A stretch of DNA of 64,000 nt from Candidatus Doudnabacteria bacterium RIFCSPHIGHO2_12_FULL_48_16 (GCA_001780035.1 MFEY01000005.1:40354-104353); one strand, 5' to 3'; positions 18,950 to 28,794 are shown, counted from the first letter of the stretch. A program made the numbers and translations. The notes: generated by a model from the letters alone, not told the origin.

Positions 18950-19460
18950 TGACAGACAATAGCTGGTGATTTAAGATGTTTTTAACCACATTGCGTTCCG
19001 AACGCGATGTGGCGGTAGTAGGCAGGATGCCGTAGAGCTGCAAAGAGATGGGGAGACAAGCTAAGTCCCCGTTTCTGTCAGGCGACAGCAGTTCGATCGG
19101 CATTAAAGGAGGTCACCGGGTGCAAATCTGTGTGTTCACCCTCGATTTCGTGAGCACCGTCACCAAGCGGAGTCAGGACGAGTGCACGACGAGGGAAAGG
19201 GCATCGATGGGTCGCGACCCGGACATCGACCGCGGCCAGCGAGGCCCGCCGTAGCGTAATCGGGCGCAATCCTGAACCAGAGGCGATAGAGCCGAGCTTC
19301 TGCTTCCAAAGCAAAGAAGCGACAACGTAACGGCTCAGAATGTGATCCCCGCTCTTCGGAGCGATGGAACGCATGTGTCTCTGACGACTCGCGACAGCCA
19401 ATAGGCAACAATCGGGCGCTGACTGCAATGTTGGCGCCCGTCTTCTTTTGCCCGGATAAT
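18950..19460. other. GC-rich, ORF-poor ~0.5-kb segment (possible structured RNA or foreign remnant)
   Basis: Visibly higher GC than its surroundings, with only short overlapping ORFs on both strands. No rRNA, tmRNA or RNase P motifs found by eye. Confidence 0.3.
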
Positions 19461-19499
19461 TATATTTTGCTATATTTTAAGCACAATTAACAAAAATTT

Positions 19500-20267
19500 A
19501 TGGATACAAACTTTCAAACCAACAACAGACCCGTGTTAAAAGCAATCGTAATTTTAATCGCCGTATTTTTGGCCTTAGCGGTTGTGGAGAAAGCCATAAC
19601 CCTGGCCAAGACCATTTCACCTTCCAAGCCGGACAATACGATCTCGATGACGGCCGAGGGCAAGGTCACGGGCAAACCTGACTTAGCTACGGTCAGTCTG
19701 GGCGTGCTGACACAGGCGGATACAGCCAAGGGCGCGTCGGATGAGAATAATAAAAGTATCAACAAAATCGCCGAGGCAGTGAAAAAATTGGGCATTGCCA
19801 ACGAGGACATTGTGACGTCCAACCTTAACGTTTATCCGAATTACACTTATACCAACGGCAAAAATGAGATTAACGGATATCAGGCCAACCAAAATTTGAC
19901 TATAAAAATTCACGGTGTGGACAAATCTACGGACACTCTGAACAAAGTTTTGGATGCGGCGGTATCATCGGGCAGTAACCAGATCCAGGGAGTGGGTTTG
20001 AGCTTTGATGACCCGGATAACTTAAAGCAGGAAGCCCGCAAGCAGGCAATTGATAAGGCTAAGCAAAAGGCCAAAGAACTGGCGGATCAGGCCGGCCTCC
20101 GGCTTGGCCGCATCGTCAGTATCTCAGAAAGCTCTGGTTATGATACACCCATTCCATATATGATGGACAGCAAAGCGGGCATGGGCGGCGGCGGCAGCGC
20201 TCCGGCTGTTGAAACTGGCAGCCAGGACATCACCGCGTCTATTACGGTGGTATTCGAGGTGAAATAA
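19500..20267 (+). CDS. SIMPL (DUF541) domain periplasmic protein
   Basis: Signal anchor plus a SIMPL-like body (DLATVSLGV...NGY...NLTIKIHGVDKS). Confidence 0.8.
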   Translation: MDTNFQTNNRPVLKAIVILIAVFLALAVVEKAITLAKTISPSKPDNTISMTAEGKVTGKPDLATVSLGVLTQADTAKGASDENNKSINKIAEAVKKLGIANEDIVTSNLNVYPNYTYTNGKNEINGYQANQNLTIKIHGVDKSTDTLNKVLDAAVSSGSNQIQGVGLSFDDPDNLKQEARKQAIDKAKQKAKELADQAGLRLGRIVSISESSGYDTPIPYMMDSKAGMGGGGSAPAVETGSQDITASITVVFEVK

Positions 20268-20271
20268 ATTT

Positions 20272-20424
20272 ATGAACAAGCATTACGTCTGTCCGGTGTG
20301 TGGCGGTGTTTCGTCCACGCCGAAAAATTGTGGCACCGAAGGCTGTCATGCTCATGGTCAGCCATTGGTCGAATGTCATTGCACCGATGGCCAACACGCC
20401 GGAGTAGTTAAATCGAATGGATAA
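20272..20424 (+). CDS. small zinc-ribbon protein (not in ORF track)
   Basis: 50 aa, MNKHYVCPVCGG...CGTEGCHAHG...CHC, with two CxxC-like pairs. Its stop overlaps the ATG of the next gene. Confidence 0.35.
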   Translation: MNKHYVCPVCGGVSSTPKNCGTEGCHAHGQPLVECHCTDGQHAGVVKSNG

Positions 20425-20980
20425 TATTGAAATTGAAGTTAAATTTCTAGAGATCGACAAACCTAAACTAATTGAAAAATTAGTCTCTTTGGGCGCAAAA
20501 GATTTAGGCGAAGAAAAGATTACAGAAAAAATTTTTCATGACCCAGAAGGCAAATGGTATGCGGAACGAAAATTCGGTCGTATTCGAACCACCAGTAAGG
20601 GCGTCACGTTTACTTATAAGCACGTGAAAGAGCGGACCGCTACGGGGACAACTGAAATTGAATTTAAAATTACTGAGCCGGACAAGGTCAAAGCTTTTTT
20701 GGAAGCGATGGGGCTGGTTATGGATCGCGAGCAAGAAAAGATCCGCCATAAATTTACGTTGGCTGATGTAATTGTCGATATCGACACTTGGCCTCGAGTG
20801 CCAACTTATGTGGAACTTGAAGGGCTGAGCGAGGAGGCAATTAAATCAGCTGCGGCTAACTTGGGCTTTGATTGGGGCAAAGCAGTATTTGGCACGGCAG
20901 ATACGGTTATCCGGGAAGTTTATAAAATCGATTTAAAGGCAATTAGGCACTTCACGTTTGACTTTGGGAATAAATCATAA
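20417..20980 (+). CDS. CYTH-domain protein (triphosphate tunnel metalloenzyme)
   Basis: N-terminal EIEVKFLE, the EXEXK hallmark of CYTH. Confidence 0.75.
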   Translation: MDNIEIEVKFLEIDKPKLIEKLVSLGAKDLGEEKITEKIFHDPEGKWYAERKFGRIRTTSKGVTFTYKHVKERTATGTTEIEFKITEPDKVKAFLEAMGLVMDREQEKIRHKFTLADVIVDIDTWPRVPTYVELEGLSEEAIKSAAANLGFDWGKAVFGTADTVIREVYKIDLKAIRHFTFDFGNKS

Positions 20981-20987
20981 GAAAAAA

Positions 20988-21014
20988 ACAGCGGCTGCAG
21001 ATGCCGCTGTTTTT
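20988..21014 (+). terminator. intrinsic terminator
   Basis: acagcggc-tgcagat-gccgctgt followed by tttt. Confidence 0.6.
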
Positions 21015-21030
21015 GTGCTAGAATTCAGAT

Positions 21031-21303
21031 ATGAAGCACGTCAATCTAAAAATTGTCGGATTTGTGCAAGGAGTGAATTTTCGCAACGAAGCCAAAATTA
21101 TGGCGGATAGGCTGGGCGTGTGTGGTTTTGCCCAAAATGGCCCGGACGATTCAGTGCTGATTGAAGCGGAAGGGGACGAGGCCCGGTTGCAAGAGTTTAT
21201 CAAATGGTGCGGGAACGGCCCGTTTGGCGGCGAAGTCGATGATGTGCAAATTGAAGAATCAGCGCCAAAAGGTTATCATAACTTTGAGATTAGATATCAT
21301 TAA
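21031..21303 (+). CDS. acylphosphatase
   Basis: VGFVQGVNFR motif in a 90-aa protein. Confidence 0.9.
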   Translation: MKHVNLKIVGFVQGVNFRNEAKIMADRLGVCGFAQNGPDDSVLIEAEGDEARLQEFIKWCGNGPFGGEVDDVQIEESAPKGYHNFEIRYH

Positions 21304-21314
21304 TTTTTTACATT

Positions 21315-21752
21315 ATGAAAATCAGCAGCCCGGCTTTTGAAAACAGCTCCATGACGCCGAAAAAATATACGTGCTCGGCCGAAAATGTAAACCCGCCGCT
21401 GCGATTCGCGGATATTCCGGCTGGCGCCAAAAGCCTGGCTTTGATTATGGATGATCCGGACGCGCCAGCCGGAACTTATACACATTGGGTGGTCTGGAAT
21501 ATTCCGCCGAAAACTGTGGCAATTGACGAAAATAGCATGCCGCCCGGAACAGTGGGCAAAAACAGCGCTGGTACCACAACCTATATCGGCCCGTGTCCGC
21601 CTAGCGGCACGCATCGATATTTTTTTAAATTATACGCGCTTGATCTGGTTTTGTCTGAGGACGGAATTGAAACTAGGGCTGATCTGGAACAAGCAATGCA
21701 GAATCATATTTTGGCTGAGGATCAATTAAGGGGGTTATTTAAAAAATCATGA
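21315..21752 (+). CDS. YbhB/YbcL-family PEBP (Raf kinase inhibitor-like) protein
   Basis: DPDAPAG...HWVVWNIP...GPCPP..GTHRYFFKLYALD. Confidence 0.85.
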   Translation: MKISSPAFENSSMTPKKYTCSAENVNPPLRFADIPAGAKSLALIMDDPDAPAGTYTHWVVWNIPPKTVAIDENSMPPGTVGKNSAGTTTYIGPCPPSGTHRYFFKLYALDLVLSEDGIETRADLEQAMQNHILAEDQLRGLFKKS

Positions 21753-22078
21753 AACTGGCGCAGAAACGTTGTATCCCGTGCGAAGGCGGCATTCCGCCGT
21801 TTGGTAAAAAGCAAATCGCCAAATATTTGCCGCAATTGCCCAAAGGCTGGTCGGTGATTGATGATAAAAAGCTCCGAAAGCGGTTTCAGTTCAAAAATTT
21901 CGTGGACACCATGGGTTTTGTAAATAAAATTGCCCTGATCGCCCAGGCGGAAGATCACCACCCAGATATGCAGATCTCTTACAGTAAAGTTGCGGTGGAA
22001 CTTTGGACGCATGCCAACGATGGACTCACTGAGAATGATTTTATTTTGGCCGCGAAAATTGACCAACTGAACGTTTGA
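21749..22078 (+). CDS. pterin-4a-carbinolamine dehydratase
   Basis: EDHHPDM...Y.KV.VELWTH motif in a 109-aa protein. Confidence 0.8.
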   Translation: MKLAQKRCIPCEGGIPPFGKKQIAKYLPQLPKGWSVIDDKKLRKRFQFKNFVDTMGFVNKIALIAQAEDHHPDMQISYSKVAVELWTHANDGLTENDFILAAKIDQLNV

Positions 22079-22079
22079 T

Positions 22080-22727
22080 ATGAAAATCACGAAATATGGC
22101 CATTGTTGTTTATTGATAGAAGAGAGCGGGGTTAGAATCTTGACCGATCCCGGAGCTTTTAGCATTGAGAGCGGCCAAAAGGATGTCAAAAATGTCGACA
22201 TTGTCTTAATTACGCATGAACACCAGGATCACTTGCACATCGATTCGGTCAAGGCCCTGCTTACTAACAATCCGGGAGTTAAAATTTTTACCAATGAGTC
22301 TGTCGGCAAGCTGCTGGCGAAAGAATCATTACCCTATGAACTTCTCGCTCACGGCCAGTCCTATAATTTTAAGGGAGTGAATATTGAAGGGCATGGGGAT
22401 AAGCATGCGGTGATCTATCAAGATTATGGCCAAGTGGAAAACACGGGTTTTTTGGTGGCCGATAAATTGTTCTATCCGGGAGACGCCTTTTATAATCCGC
22501 AAAAACCCGTGGAAATTTTGGCTCTGCCGATTGCCGGGCCTTGGCTTAAGGCTCAAGATGCGATTGATTATGCCAAAGCCGTCAAACCAAAAAAAGCATT
22601 TCCAGTCCACGATGCGATTGTCAATATCCCGATCAGCGGTTTTTTGTATAATTTATACGGCATGTTTTTAAAAGCGGACGGGATAGAGTTCATTGACACT
22701 ACAAAAAATAATATTATTGAAATCTAA
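22080..22727 (+). CDS. MBL-fold metallo-hydrolase
   Basis: VLITHEHQDHL motif. Confidence 0.8.
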   Translation: MKITKYGHCCLLIEESGVRILTDPGAFSIESGQKDVKNVDIVLITHEHQDHLHIDSVKALLTNNPGVKIFTNESVGKLLAKESLPYELLAHGQSYNFKGVNIEGHGDKHAVIYQDYGQVENTGFLVADKLFYPGDAFYNPQKPVEILALPIAGPWLKAQDAIDYAKAVKPKKAFPVHDAIVNIPISGFLYNLYGMFLKADGIEFIDTTKNNIIEI

Positions 22728-23920
22728 TGAAAATATTTCTTAAAAATCTGGTCGTAGTGGCTGCGGGCGTCGCCATTTTATACGGCATTTATTTTTATCA
22801 GGTTAACTTGCGGGGTGAGGTTCCAGCTGCTCCGAAAACATCAGATAATGGCGGGAACATAAATAAGCCGGGCGAAAACCTGACCAAGATGCCTCTTAAG
22901 GTTCCGGATAATTTTAAAATCGAAATCTTTGCCGATAAATTGCCCGGCGCCCGGGTCATGGCTTTCGATGGATTTGGCAATTTATGGGTCTCTCGAACCT
23001 CGGCCGGGGTGGTTACCATGTTGGAAATAAAGAGTGGCAAAGTCGTTTCGCAAAACGACGTGCTGCGCAAACTGAATAATCCGCACGGTTTGGCGTTTGA
23101 TCCTCAAAATTCCGGCGCGCTGTATTTCGCCCAGGAGGGAAAAATTACCCGAATTGCGACTTATTCCGATGACAAAGGCACGAAAATTGCCGACCTGCCC
23201 GCAGGTGGCGGGCATTTTACTAGAACGCTGAAGTTTGGCCCGGACGGGAGGCTGTATGTTTCCATTGGCTCTTCCTGCAACGTTTGTGAAGAGAAAGATG
23301 ACCGCCGGGCCGCGATTTATTCCATGAAGCCCGATGGCAGTGATTTTAAGCAATTCGCCAGTGGCCTGCGCAACACCGTTTTCTTTGATTGGAGTTATGT
23401 CGATGGCCGGATGTGGGGCACGGATATGGGCCGGGACAATCTGGGGGATAACACCCCGCCCGACGAGATCAACATTCTGGAAGAAGGCAAAAATTACGGC
23501 TGGCCGATTTGTTATGCGCAAAATGTTCACGATACCGCTTTTGATAAAAAGGTTTATATCCAAGACCCGTGTAACGGCAAAACCCCGCCCGCAATTGAGT
23601 TGCAGGCTCACTCTGCCCCGCTGGGATTGGGATTTGTTCCGGAGGAAGGCTGGCCGGAGGAGTATTGGTATGATTTGATTGTGGCTTTCCACGGATCTTG
23701 GAACCGGAGCGAACCTACCGGTTACAAACTGATGAGGGTCAAGCTCGACGCCAAAGCTAATTTTGAAGGTCTGGAAGATTTTATTTCCGGTTGGTTTTCC
23801 CAAGGCACGGCCTTGGGCCGTCCTGTGGATGTTTTGATTCAGCCGGGCGGCGTCATGTATGTCTCCGATGACAAGGCTGGCGTGATTTATAAAATTAATT
23901 ATCAAGGCCGTGGAAATTAA
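22727..23920 (+). CDS. PQQ-dependent soluble sugar (aldose/sorbosone) dehydrogenase-like beta-propeller
   Basis: NPHGLAFDP, GRLYVSIGSSCNVCEE and GKNYGWP, plus an N-terminal TM anchor. Confidence 0.8.
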   Translation: MKIFLKNLVVVAAGVAILYGIYFYQVNLRGEVPAAPKTSDNGGNINKPGENLTKMPLKVPDNFKIEIFADKLPGARVMAFDGFGNLWVSRTSAGVVTMLEIKSGKVVSQNDVLRKLNNPHGLAFDPQNSGALYFAQEGKITRIATYSDDKGTKIADLPAGGGHFTRTLKFGPDGRLYVSIGSSCNVCEEKDDRRAAIYSMKPDGSDFKQFASGLRNTVFFDWSYVDGRMWGTDMGRDNLGDNTPPDEINILEEGKNYGWPICYAQNVHDTAFDKKVYIQDPCNGKTPPAIELQAHSAPLGLGFVPEEGWPEEYWYDLIVAFHGSWNRSEPTGYKLMRVKLDAKANFEGLEDFISGWFSQGTALGRPVDVLIQPGGVMYVSDDKAGVIYKINYQGRGN

Positions 23921-24620
23921 AAATAAGGTGTTCATTGTGACCGGGGCGGCAAGGATTGGCTTGGATGTGGCTCAGGGCCTTTTGAAGAATGAAGCGAAAC
24001 TGGCAGTGACTTATATGACAAGCGAGCCGGATCTGGGGCAGGAAATTTTGTATATCAAGGCGGATTTAACTGCGGAAGCGGACGTTAAAAATGTCATTGC
24101 GGAAACCCTAAAAAAATACGGCCATGTTGACGGCCTGATTCATATGGCGGCCAATTATATAAGGACTACTTGGGCCGAACTCAACGATGAAACATGGAAT
24201 AAGTCGATGCGGCCGATTGCCAGAAGCGCATTTTTGATGTCAAAGGCCGTCGGGGATCAACTCTTGAAAAATCCGGGAGATATAAAGGGCAAAATAATTT
24301 TATTCTCGGATTGGTCGGTACAATCGCAGCCCTACAAAGATTATTTGCCCTACAATGTGGCCAAAAGCGCTGTGGAGGGCTTGACTAAATCGCTGGCCAA
24401 GGAGCTGGCGCCCGGGGTCATGGTCAACTGCATCGCGCCCGGGCCAATATTAAAACCGGCGGATTTGCCGGATGTGGAAAATGCGGAAGCACTGCGCAAT
24501 ACTCCTCTTGGGCGCTGGGGCGGAGCCTATGAAATTACCAAAGCCGTATTGTTCTTGATTGATTCGGATTTTGTGACCGGCCAAGTGCTGGCGGTCGACG
24601 GCGGCCGTTCCCTGGCATGA
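23910..24620 (+). CDS. SDR family oxidoreductase
   Basis: Rossmann motif TGAARIG in a 236-aa protein. Confidence 0.8.
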   Translation: MEIKNKVFIVTGAARIGLDVAQGLLKNEAKLAVTYMTSEPDLGQEILYIKADLTAEADVKNVIAETLKKYGHVDGLIHMAANYIRTTWAELNDETWNKSMRPIARSAFLMSKAVGDQLLKNPGDIKGKIILFSDWSVQSQPYKDYLPYNVAKSAVEGLTKSLAKELAPGVMVNCIAPGPILKPADLPDVENAEALRNTPLGRWGGAYEITKAVLFLIDSDFVTGQVLAVDGGRSLA

Positions 24621-24668
24621 GAATTACCTCTGTTTTGTGCGATCGTCAAAAATAGAGGTAAAATAAAA

Positions 24669-25655
24669 TCAGAGAAACAGCTTGTTATTCAAGCTTTGCA
24701 GGCCGTTAAGGTAATCCTTACCGGTCATTTCGTTTTTGCCTTCCGGTTTGACTTTTTTGAGCAGTAACGAGTTATCGACGCATTTAACGGCCAACCCTTC
24801 GCCGGTGCCGTAAAGTTTGCCGGGCAGTTCGATTTTGTGATCGCTGATAATTTCAACTTCCAGGATTTTTACAAGTTTGCCGCCCAAGGTCGTCCAGGTT
24901 CCGGGCTCCGGGTTGTAGGCGCGGATCTTGCGGTCAATTTCTGCGGCGGATCGGGCCCAATCGATTTTCCCGTCGTCCCGAGTGAGCATTTTGGTGTAGC
25001 TGGCTTCTAGGTGATTTTGAGGTTGACGGGACAGCCGGCCGGCGACTAAATTAGTCAGCGCTTCGCTGACTAATTCGGCTGACAAGAGTGAGAGCGAATG
25101 ATAAAGCTCCGGCAAGGTTTCTCGACCGGTCAGGGCCATAGTTCGGATAGCCAAAATATCGCCATGATCCATTTTTTCATCCATCTGGATCAGAGTTATC
25201 CCGGCGCTTTTGTCGCCATTGAGAATAGTCGCCTGGATCGGCGTCGCGCCCCGGTATTTGGGCAGCACGGAGCCGTGAATATTGATCGAGCCAAATTTGG
25301 GCAGATCAAGAATTGCCTGGGGGAGAATCTGACCGTAAGCCGCAACCAATAAAAGATCAGGACTTAAATTAGAAATTATAGATTTTAAATTATAAATTTT
25401 TTCAGGCTGCTCAACCGGTATGCCGTTCTTTAGGGCCCAAACTTTAATCGGCGGGGGAGTAAGTCTCCTGTCCCGGCCGGCGGGCTTGTCCGGCTGGGTA
25501 ATGATTAAAACAATTTCAAAAGGAGTTTTTCCGCCGGAGGCGCCCGCCTGCCCGGCCGGCAGGGATCCGCCTTTGGCGGAGAGTTTTTCCAGGGTCGGGA
25601 TGCCGAATTCAGTTGTGCCGGCGAATATGATTTTTAGCATGTTACATCTTCTCAT
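24669..25655 (-). CDS. fmt: methionyl-tRNA formyltransferase
   Basis: IVLIITQPDKPAGR...SINIHGSVLPKYRGATPIQ. It carries a roughly 17-aa P/A/G-rich insertion from a GC-rich hairpin pair. Confidence 0.9.
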   Translation of the reverse strand: MRRCNMLKIIFAGTTEFGIPTLEKLSAKGGSLPAGQAGASGGKTPFEIVLIITQPDKPAGRDRRLTPPPIKVWALKNGIPVEQPEKIYNLKSIISNLSPDLLLVAAYGQILPQAILDLPKFGSINIHGSVLPKYRGATPIQATILNGDKSAGITLIQMDEKMDHGDILAIRTMALTGRETLPELYHSLSLLSAELVSEALTNLVAGRLSRQPQNHLEASYTKMLTRDDGKIDWARSAAEIDRKIRAYNPEPGTWTTLGGKLVKILEVEIISDHKIELPGKLYGTGEGLAVKCVDNSLLLKKVKPEGKNEMTGKDYLNGLQSLNNKLFL

Positions 25656-26118
25656 CCGGTTTGCCGGACGTTTTTCTGATAATCTTGCTCGTAAATAAAA
25701 TTCCGTCCAGATGATCGACTTCGTGCTGGATCACTCGGGAGAGCATGCCGTCGGCATCGAATTTATGTTTTTTACCGTCGAGATTTTGCGCCTCGACCGT
25801 GATCTCAACCGGGCGTTTCACAATTCCGAAGATTCCGGGGATCGACAGGCAGCCTTCCTCCAGCTCCACTTTTTTCCAGGATTTTGTGACAATTTTTGGG
25901 TTGACCAGGGCAAAGGGCGGCAGGCCGAGGTGTTCGAGGTTGATAATGCAAAATCGGATGGATTTGCCGATCTGCGGGGCGGCCAGGCCGATGCCGTTGA
26001 CCACGCGGGAGGTTTTGATCATTTCATCGGCGAGTTTAACCAGCTCGTCATCGATCTTTTTAACGAGAGTGGTTTTCTTATTTAGGATCGGATTTGGGGC
26101 TTGGACTATTTTCAGCAT
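25642..26118 (-). CDS. def: peptide deformylase
   Basis: GIGLAAPQIG, EGCLSIPG and QHEVDHLDG. Confidence 0.9.
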   Translation of the reverse strand: MLKIVQAPNPILNKKTTLVKKIDDELVKLADEMIKTSRVVNGIGLAAPQIGKSIRFCIINLEHLGLPPFALVNPKIVTKSWKKVELEEGCLSIPGIFGIVKRPVEITVEAQNLDGKKHKFDADGMLSRVIQHEVDHLDGILFTSKIIRKTSGKPDEKM

Positions 26119-26386
26119 CTTTGTTGAGACCCTGACTTTCGTCAGGATTGCGGTTCTTTTTTAATAAATATGCGAATAAAGCGCCTGGTTTCCTGGTCGT
26201 TTTACTCTCTAGCACCTCACCGGCAATGCGCCGCAGAAAACCGTGATCGTGCGTCAACGCCAGTTTCAGATAAAATCCGAAATGACGCTTGTCTGAAAAT
26301 TTATTCGAAAGCTCGTCTGCCAAAGCGTGGGCAGGGGAGTGGATGTGTTGCTCCGCATGTTTTTTGAACTGACGCTTTATATCCAT
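26078..26386 (-). CDS. hypothetical protein (doubtful)
   Basis: 102 aa with no recognisable motif. Its 3' end overlaps the def start by about 40 nt and contains a hairpin, so it may be spurious. Confidence 0.25.
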   Translation of the reverse strand: MDIKRQFKKHAEQHIHSPAHALADELSNKFSDKRHFGFYLKLALTHDHGFLRRIAGEVLESKTTRKPGALFAYLLKKNRNPDESQGLNKDAENSPSPKSDPK

Positions 26387-26422
26387 AGTAAATTTCTCAG
26401 AAAGCTATGCTATAATTCTACC

Positions 26423-27217
26423 ATGAAAAGCAGTATTGCGGGAGTTCTGGTGGATAATATAACCAAGCACGAGGCGATTGAAGCAATCGATAATTTTGTA
26501 AAATCCGGACAACCGCACAGCGTTGTGACTCCATACTCAGAGCTGATTGTTTGGGCGCTAGATAATTCCAGCTATAGAAATATTCTTAATAATGCGGATT
26601 TGTCCCTGCCCGATGGCGTCGGCATACTTTGGGCGGCTAAATATCTGTCCTCTCCGAAAGTCGGCTTATGGCGCTCGCTCTTGTCCATTATTTTTGACCG
26701 GCCATATATCCGTTCGGTCATTCAGGAACAAATCAGCGGCAGCCGGTTTATTTATGACATCGCAGAATTGGCCGAAGAAAAAAACTACTCGCTAAGCCTG
26801 GTCGGCGGCTCTGGTAACGTGGCGGCGCAGTCAGCTTATGAACTCAAAAAACTTTTTTCTAACCTGAATATCAAACTGGCGCTGTCTGGTCGGCCGTTTG
26901 ACGCCAAGATCGTCGAAGAGATTAGCCGGAGCAATTCTGATATACTGTTGATAGCTTACTCGCCGCCCAAGCAGGAAATCTGGCTGAGCCAAAACCTGCC
27001 CGATCTGAATGTTCGGGTAGCCATGGGAGTGGGTGGCAGCTTTGACTATATCGCCAAAAAACACCCAGTTGCACCTTCCTGGGCCAAATCCTGGGGCTTG
27101 GAATGGTTTTGGCGGCTGATCACTCAGCCCTGGCGCCTTAAGCGCATTTGGAACGCCGTCCCGATGTTTATTTGGAAAATTTATAAGTATAAAAAATATG
27201 CCCGAAGTTCGAACTAG
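26423..27217 (+). CDS. WecB/TagA/CpsF-family glycosyltransferase
   Basis: DGVGILWAAKYL...LVGG...QEIWL...MGVGGSFDYIAKK...WFWRL. I used the start at MKSSIAGV rather than the track's 26327, which overlaps the upstream gene. Confidence 0.8.
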   Translation: MKSSIAGVLVDNITKHEAIEAIDNFVKSGQPHSVVTPYSELIVWALDNSSYRNILNNADLSLPDGVGILWAAKYLSSPKVGLWRSLLSIIFDRPYIRSVIQEQISGSRFIYDIAELAEEKNYSLSLVGGSGNVAAQSAYELKKLFSNLNIKLALSGRPFDAKIVEEISRSNSDILLIAYSPPKQEIWLSQNLPDLNVRVAMGVGGSFDYIAKKHPVAPSWAKSWGLEWFWRLITQPWRLKRIWNAVPMFIWKIYKYKKYARSSN

Positions 27218-28730
27218 ATTTGCGCCGAGTCCGACAGGTTTTTTGCATATTGGTGGCATCCGCACCGCGCTTTACGAATTTCTTTGGGCGCGCAAAAATA
27301 ATGGCAAGTATCTCCTGCGCATCGAGGACACAGATCGCCAGCGGCTCGTGCCCGGATCGCTGGAGAATATTGTGCAAAGTTTGGAGACTCTGAGAATCGT
27401 CAGCGATGAGGGGCCGTATTGGGACAAGGGCCTCAAATTTCGCGGTGAGTTCGGGCCCTACATCCAATCCGAGCGGCTGCCAATTTATCAAAAATATGCC
27501 CAAGAGTTGATTGAAAAAAAAGCGGCTTACTATTGTTTCTGCTCGAGCGAGCGGCTGGATAAACTGCGTGAAGAACAGCAGGCCCAGAAACTGCCGCCGA
27601 AATACGACAAACTCTGTCTGAAATTGTCATCAGAAGAGGTTAGCAGTAAGCTAGCCGCGAAGGAAGCGCATGTCATCCGCCTGAACGTGCCGAGTGATCG
27701 GATAATTAAATTTCATGATCATATACACGGCGATATTGAGATTCCGAGCAAGGATGTAGATGACCAGGTGCTACTCAAGTCGGACGGATTTCCCACGTAT
27801 CACTTGGCGGTTGTCGTGGACGATTATTCGATGAAAATTTCCCACGTGATCCGAGCGGATGAGTGGATTGCTTCCACCCCCAAGCACATTCTCTTGTATG
27901 AAGCTTTTGGCTGGCCACTGCCAGTGTTTGTGCACTTGCCGGCGATCTTGTCCCAAGCGACCGGGAAGAAACTTTCGAAACGCGAGGGAGATGTCTCGGT
28001 TAAGGATTTTTTAGACAAAGGTTATCTGCCTGAAGCGTTGATAAATTTTTTGGCCCTGCTTGGCTGGAATCCGAAAACGGAGCAGGAGATTTTCAATATG
28101 CGTGAATTGGTCGCAGAATTTTCCCTTGATAAGCTCAATAAATCCGGTGCTGTGTTTGATTTGGACAAATTGGACTGGTTTAACAGCATGTATATCCGAG
28201 CTCTTAAAATTGAGGACTTGTTTGCCAGACTGGTTCCATATTTGGTCAAGGCCGGAATTCAAACCGAAAAATATCCGAAAGAGTTTCTAGAAAAGATTTT
28301 ACTGCTCGAACAAAGCCGGCTTAAAAAACTCTCCGAGATAGGGGAGAGGGTCAAATACTTTTTCGAGGAGCCGCAATACGAGCCCGGACTTTTGTGCCCG
28401 CCTGCGCGCAAGGCTTCGGCGGGTCCGCCTCCGGCGGAGAAAAAATCAGAAAAAGAGACAATTCTCAAAAATTTGAATTCACTGCAGATTTTTCTGCAAA
28501 CATTGTCCGCCGAGAAGTTTGCGCAAAAAGACATTGAAGCAGAGATCAAAAATTTTATTGAGAGCAACCAATTAAAAACCGGAGAAGTGCTCTGGCCGTT
28601 GCGCGTGGCTCTGTGTGGCCTGGAAGCCTCGCCTGGGCCGTTTGAAATCATTGACGCGTTCGCCAGTCTGCCCGATGGCAAAGAACAGGTGCTTAAGCGC
28701 ATCAGCCGGGCGTCGGAAATGCTGTTTTAA
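27198..28730 (+). CDS. gltX: glutamate--tRNA ligase
   Basis: HIGH motif (PSPTGFLHIGG) and KLSKR (KMSKS). The C-terminal region carries a P/A-rich insertion from GC-rich hairpins. Confidence 0.9.
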   Translation: MPEVRTRFAPSPTGFLHIGGIRTALYEFLWARKNNGKYLLRIEDTDRQRLVPGSLENIVQSLETLRIVSDEGPYWDKGLKFRGEFGPYIQSERLPIYQKYAQELIEKKAAYYCFCSSERLDKLREEQQAQKLPPKYDKLCLKLSSEEVSSKLAAKEAHVIRLNVPSDRIIKFHDHIHGDIEIPSKDVDDQVLLKSDGFPTYHLAVVVDDYSMKISHVIRADEWIASTPKHILLYEAFGWPLPVFVHLPAILSQATGKKLSKREGDVSVKDFLDKGYLPEALINFLALLGWNPKTEQEIFNMRELVAEFSLDKLNKSGAVFDLDKLDWFNSMYIRALKIEDLFARLVPYLVKAGIQTEKYPKEFLEKILLLEQSRLKKLSEIGERVKYFFEEPQYEPGLLCPPARKASAGPPPAEKKSEKETILKNLNSLQIFLQTLSAEKFAQKDIEAEIKNFIESNQLKTGEVLWPLRVALCGLEASPGPFEIIDAFASLPDGKEQVLKRISRASEMLF

Positions 28731-28794
28731 ATCTCTGTCTGCTGAGCCCTAGGCAGGTGGACAAAATCTCCAATCCGTGGTAAAATAATGGTAG

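Noticed and set aside
18950-19460. Attempt to call tmRNA, RNase P or rRNA fragment in the GC-rich non-coding stretches (also 58380-59060)
   Set aside because: I could not find the GGAAAGUCCGG P4 strand, the ACAGAANCCGGCUUA motif, a tmRNA tag ORF with a UCCACCA end, or rRNA 3'-end motifs. The regions are left unclassified.
26327-26422. Track's extended start for the WecG/TagA gene, and extended starts for the cysteine desulfurase, tmk and others
   Set aside because: The extensions overlap neighbouring genes or run into compositionally foreign DNA. Internal Met starts that match conserved N-termini were preferred.
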